From: the human T2T-CHM13v2.0 reference genome, Homo sapiens
DNA: 64,000 bases
Reading direction: 5' to 3' (one strand)
Assembly: GCF_009914755.1 (NCBI RefSeq)
Contig: NC_060937.1
The notes under the pieces were generated by a model. That model saw nothing but the letters and a program-made list of their open reading frames with translations. It had not been told where the DNA came from and did no database searches. Numbering within the stretch: position 1 is the first letter of the stretch; every line of letters begins with the position of its first letter. The position numbers and the translations under genes were made by a program. Shown here piece after piece: positions 56,501 to 64,000 of this stretch.

Positions 56501-57637
56501 ACAAATTTTCTCCCTTCTTGTAAAATTGAAAAAATGCACAGGTTTGTGCTTTGCATTCTTCTTGACCCATAACAACATAGCTCTGGGAACAGCTATGCAT
56601 TGGCTTGAGAAACGTGGACAAGACAATATCCTTAGGACAAAGATCCACCAAGGATAAGCCACTGCACTGCCTCCGGCTGCTAGCATGCCTGCATCCACGA
56701 AGGTCCTGTTGATTCTGCCATGAAGTTAACACTGAGGGGCTTCTTCACTGAGGCAGACTGTGATCATTTTAAAGGCCCCCGAGACTTTGATACCTTGATT
56801 CTGGGGTTGGTTTCTGCTGGCTCCCCTGTCTTTCATGCATCACCTGATTTGACCTCTAGTTTTCTGCAGTAATTCTTGGTTGTTTTCTGTGTTCCACCTT
56901 TGGTCACTGACTTTAACTTTGTTTTGACCTCTAGCTTTCGTGTAATTTCTGCATCTGAACCATTAGTTTCATTGTAAAGTACTTTGTCCTCAACATTTTC
57001 ACTCATTTTCTTGACCTTTACTTGGAACAGTCTGTCTTCTTAATCCACTTTATCATGGTTCAGGGTCAAGGACACTTTTAATATGTACGATACTAAATGC
57101 AGATTCCTTTCCCATTGACATTTTCATGGAGCCATCCAAAGTAGCTATATTATTAACGACAGAGATTCACATGGACCTCTAATGTGTTTCATGTTGCTTT
57201 AAAAGTATGAATCCTGTAGTTAAATTTGGATGTTTGGGTTGGACTCGGTCTCAATTTACCATTTTAATTTCTTTGTCTTTAAAAATAAACTCACAATCTC
57301 AGTTTCAGGAGGAAATCTTAAAGGTATAAAATCCAACAATACCTCAGATACAGGAATCTTTTCTGAAACACTTCCACAAAGTGCTTGGCCAAAATTTCTG
57401 AACTCTTTCCTGTTATTATAGGAAACTCACTATCCTCAGTGGTAAACCATTTTCATTTGTGTACATTTCTTCCTTATTTAGATTAAACTTATATCTGGCC
57501 AGTGATTTGCTCATACTTTTACTGGCAGCCAGATAAAAATTATATTTTTTTATGAATGAAGATGACATCATCAAGAACCTCTAAAAAGTTTTATACACAA
57601 TGTATAGCATTCGACTTTTAAAAATTACCAAGTATTG

Positions 57638-57984
<347 letters not shown>

Positions 57985-59734
57985 TTAAATAACTAAAAAT
58001 CAAGAGAGAAGAAACTGATAAAATCACCTTGTGAGACTGCTTGGAGCTCTAGGTTGCTGCTTTCTTCTCTACTTCGGTATTCTGTGCTGCAAGTCAGCAA
58101 AGAACCCAAGGAGAAAAATCAGCAGCGAAGGCCTGGCTTACATCTTTATATGTTTTGCTTCATGCTGGCATTAACGTGCACAAATCCTACCTGCTGATAT
58201 TGCTCTCTAATACCTTCAAGTAGCCTTGTGATTTTTGCTGTTTTCAGTGAGAGGGTTGGTCTGATATAAGCAACTTCCTCATAGTCAGAAGCAGGCTGAA
58301 CATGTGATAATGAGAAATGTCAATTAAGCATTATTTATTTTCACAAACTTTGAAATCAGGTAACTTTGGAAGAGTTAAGGCTTCAACTTCACAATTTCAG
58401 GACTAGAGTACAGGCCTTTAGTTTTATTTCTGGAGACTGATTTCAGTATAGGAAAATGAGATGCATTGTTCATGCCAGATAACCTTACCAGTGAGTTCCT
58501 ATATTTGTGTTCCCTTCTGAATATCTATGCAGAAGAGTATTTAGGTGTGTTGCAGCATCACACAAGAATGGCAAGTCTTTAATCCTTTTTTCACCATTGG
58601 ATTTTGCCTGCATTACGGGAAAAAAGGATTTCTTTCAGTACTTTAGAAAATATCTTTAATACCATAATCTGATTTTATATAGCATAGCCAAATACCATGT
58701 TGTACATCTGATCCATCCAGCCAAGCATTGAATTGCTGTGGTTTAAGCCCCAAGCAGTTCAAACCATCTCACTCATCATTTTATTATGTGTGTTTTTAAG
58801 GTTTTAGTACAAAGAATTTCCTGGTGAATGATTCAATGAACTGACATAAATAATTTCTATAAAATGTTGTTATTGAATGTTATAATATAAACATGTTATG
58901 TTTTATAGCACGTATGAAATTACCATCCCCAGGAGGAAAATTTTAGATATTCTTATTACATTAAGCTCCTTTAAAAAAGTTTTTTAAAACTTTTTCCAAT
59001 ACACAAAACTAAATACTTTCCTGCTGCTGTCTGTTTCATCAGCACCATGTCCACCATTTCTTCAGTCACACCAAATTTCTCATCACATCACAGATAGAGC
59101 TTACAGTGCTCACATCAGCTGTGATAGAAAATGTCACAAATAATTTATCTTTTCATGCAACTTGTCCTGCACGTTTTGCACTAATTCTTCAATACCCTGA
59201 ACAACAGTGTTTCAGGCTACACTTATATTTACAAAAGGTTATTTCTGTGTGTTCAGGATACACGATTACAGCTACATTCCATAAACACTTTTAAAAACTC
59301 ATCACCCCTAAAAGGCTTCATGTTCAGCAGTTCACTTAACTCATTATTTCACAGTTGCAACAGCTATTTGTTCACATTCGGAAACAAATCTTACTGAAGT
59401 TGTAGTTCTTTTTTCTCATGTTATTAAGTTTTCATCATAAATCTTGCCCTATGCCAGCATTTATTGTGGTTTATTTCAAAATGTCATCGTATGCTGTATT
59501 CCTTCAGTACAGATATGCTTATTTGCATGTTAAACACCTAACATATTTTTACATGGAAGTGAAGAAAATTATTTTCTCACATTTTTATGGCACATTCAGT
59601 ATTTTGGATCTTTATTTTGTTGCTTTAATATGAGGATATAAGAATTTTTTTACTTATATTCAAATAAAAGAGAAATAAAAGCACAGTTTGACAACTAATG
59701 GTAATTTACATTTGGCCTAAGAGTTGTATAGGCA

Positions 59735-59940
59735 GTGGAGACTGTGGCAAAGGAATACATGCCCTGTCTAAAGGTGCAAAGTCTCTACCTCACTGCAGCT
59801 AGGTATCATTTAGTATTTCCAGATCTTCTACTTTTATTAATAAAAGCCAGAAATTCAGATTTTTGTAGGAAATTCCTCAAGTTTGAATGTTGTTAATTAA
59901 TAACATGATTTCCAAAAACAATGTGTAGGCCAAACAGAAT

Positions 59941-59972
<32 letters not shown>

Positions 59973-60050
59973 GCACACACATACACATACACATATGGGC
60001 ACACACATGTATATTGTGCTGATTGGGCTTGTGTCAGTTTAAAACCTCAG
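59735..60050 (+). mobile_element. MER102-like hAT-Charlie element with a (CA)n expansion
   Basis: ccagatcttct...aagccagaaattcagattttt...tgtgtaggccaaaca; subfamily from recalled consensus. Confidence 0.6.
59940..60008. repeat. Compound (CA)n/(TACA)n microsatellite
   Basis: Seen directly. Confidence 0.95.
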
Positions 60051-61849
60051 TTTTATGTAATCATAAATTCCAAGAATGTGAGAGCTGGATGGAACTTTAG
60101 AGTATATGTAAAATAAATAGCCATTGAGGGGAAAGAGTAAGACCAGACTCTGGACTCCCGACTCCGAGTTCAGGACACTACGGGTTTCTAATCTGTTTTA
60201 CAGAAAATATTTTTGATCTGAAAAGTTGAAAATCAAAGCAGAAAGAGTTCAAAGAATGATAGTTAGTTTGCTTAAGTGGCTTATTTTTTTACCTGAATTA
60301 ACTGGGTAGTTCTATCTACCTTTTGCTCATTTTTAGCTTAATAGATTTGACTATGTGGAGAGAAGGGGGAGTTAGTACTGTCTGGGTTTCCTCACGTTAC
60401 CTATGATTCAGAATTAATTACTGTTTGCTTCCTGCTTTAGTTCAGGTAGGTAGAAAATTCTGTTTTCACAACATGGAGCATTAGCTATTCCAGGAGAAAT
60501 GTCTGTATTAAACATTGTGGGAGTGAAAGCATTCCTCACAAGATTTAAAGTGTTTGAATTTAAAATTCGGCTGTTGTTTTCAACTGAATTAGGAGGGATT
60601 TCACAGTGAATGTTCCTAAATGTTCAGAGTCTCCTGTCCAAAAAGAAAACAAAAGGATTGGGCCTGGACATTAACAAAAAGAACAGCAAAATGACTCTGA
60701 AGTCATGTGAAAGCAGAGTTAGTAAATACCATGTGAAATTATTCCATCATGTGTTGGCCTTACTGTTGCCTTTTTGAAAAATAGGTTAATAAGGTTCACC
60801 TTTCTTTCCACTTCATTCTTCCGACTGTGGTGTAGTTGGATGATTGCTTAGTGCTATTTATTGAAGGTTTTGGTTTTTGCATTTTTTAAGAAAAAAAAAA
60901 AAAGTTTGGGGTAATGTAGAAACACCCTGAGCCTAGCACAGTTGGAGATAGGTGACCAAAAAGTGGACTTGGCTTAGACAATCGGTGAGAACAGACTTGT
61001 GATATCACCAGGGGGGATGATCACACTGACCCCACAGGCATCTTGGGACGAAGTAGGGAAGTGTACCCACCGTGAAGTCTACCCGGAAGTATAACAGTAA
61101 AACTATCGTCGACATTCATGATTGATGTCATTTTATATTTCTCTTTATATAGGTTTGGTAGTCTGAAGCACGTAGCTGAATAGTTTTATTACCACTGGTA
61201 GTTAACAGCAACCTGCTGGAGATGCCAATAACAAGCTAAAATTCAGAACCTCGTGCTGGGAGAAATGTGATTTTGTATTTTCACTCACCCACAGACATTT
61301 TGTATTTGTGGTGATCCAATCTCAGCTTTTTAATTCTGTCTAAGAAGTTGCTATTTCCAGGGAAACATTTCTGCCATAATTTCGAAAAGGGAGAGGTAAA
61401 TCTAACATATCACCTGGAGATTGACAGGAAAGGAAGGAAAACAACTCTTTTGAATGCTTTTGGAAGAAAAAAACCTGAGCCATTTTAGTCATTCCCATTT
61501 CAGAAGGTTATTCTCATCTGAAAAAGACATTTGAAAAGTTGAAATGGAATACTGCCACTGCCATACCTCACATGGCAAAGGGAAGTAACAGACAATTATT
61601 TTTGTAGCTGCTTCTCAAAAGAGAAGCTACGTAGGACTAAGCCTACATTTTTAAGAAAAAATGGGAAAATCAGCAGTTATTCAGTGAATATCAGGTCAAG
61701 AGTCAGTCATGATTTTTGCCCTGCAGTACATAAATTGGCTTTTCTGGAGGGAAAATAGCTTCCAGTCCCTCTTCCATTATAATGATAATATGGTTTTATA
61801 ATATAAAACAGTTAAAAAACATAAACACATAATAATTGATTTCGATTTT

Positions 61850-61950
61850 TCACTTCAAAGATATCTATTGAGCACCTACTATGTTCTGTGCAGGCCAGGT
61901 GTTGGGGCTTCAGTAGTGTACAGACAGGCATGCTCTGGACCCTCTCTCAC
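61850..61950 (-). mobile_element. L2 3' end fragment
   Basis: tattgagcacctactatg...gccaggtgttgggg. Confidence 0.65.
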
Positions 61951-62029
61951 CATGCCTGAGGATTCCACCGAAGACTCCTCCACACGTGATATTGGTAAAT
62001 GCACATAGACTTGTGAATAATTTTGTAAG

Positions 62030-64000
<1,971 letters not shown>

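Noticed and set aside
58190-58260. Minus-strand exon-like segment (PTLSLKTAKITRLLEGIREQYQQ)
   Set aside because: Weak acceptor and no recognisable protein; compatible with chance

Overview
Repeat-rich hominoid (human-like) genomic DNA, shown by AluY, L1PA2 and L1PA3 insertions. It looks intronic or intergenic: I could not support any protein-coding exon, tRNA, rRNA or CRISPR array. Most of the window is transposon relics (L1PA/L1PB/L1M LINEs, L2, MIR, Alus, MLT1/MER21/MER52 LTRs, a full-length Tigger1, MER20/MER91/MER102). Subfamily names come from recalled consensus diagnostics, not a RepeatMasker run. The most interesting structure is in the junctions. (1) A ~19.75 kb composite block (24759-44514) sits inside one old L1MB and is bounded by a single 14-bp target-site duplication. 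It contains two different L1PA7/8 5' ends and ~10 kb of apparently foreign DNA. (2) A 5'-truncated L1PA3 carries a 271-bp 3' transduction and a perfect 18-bp fold-back copy of its own target site at the 5' junction. (3) A GC-rich retrocopied 3' UTR with a polyA signal lies ~45 bp outside an L1 5' UTR that retains an open 72-codon ORF0-like frame, which could form an antisense-promoter transcription unit. I see no evidence of a new enzymatic system; the novelty here is structural and mechanistic.
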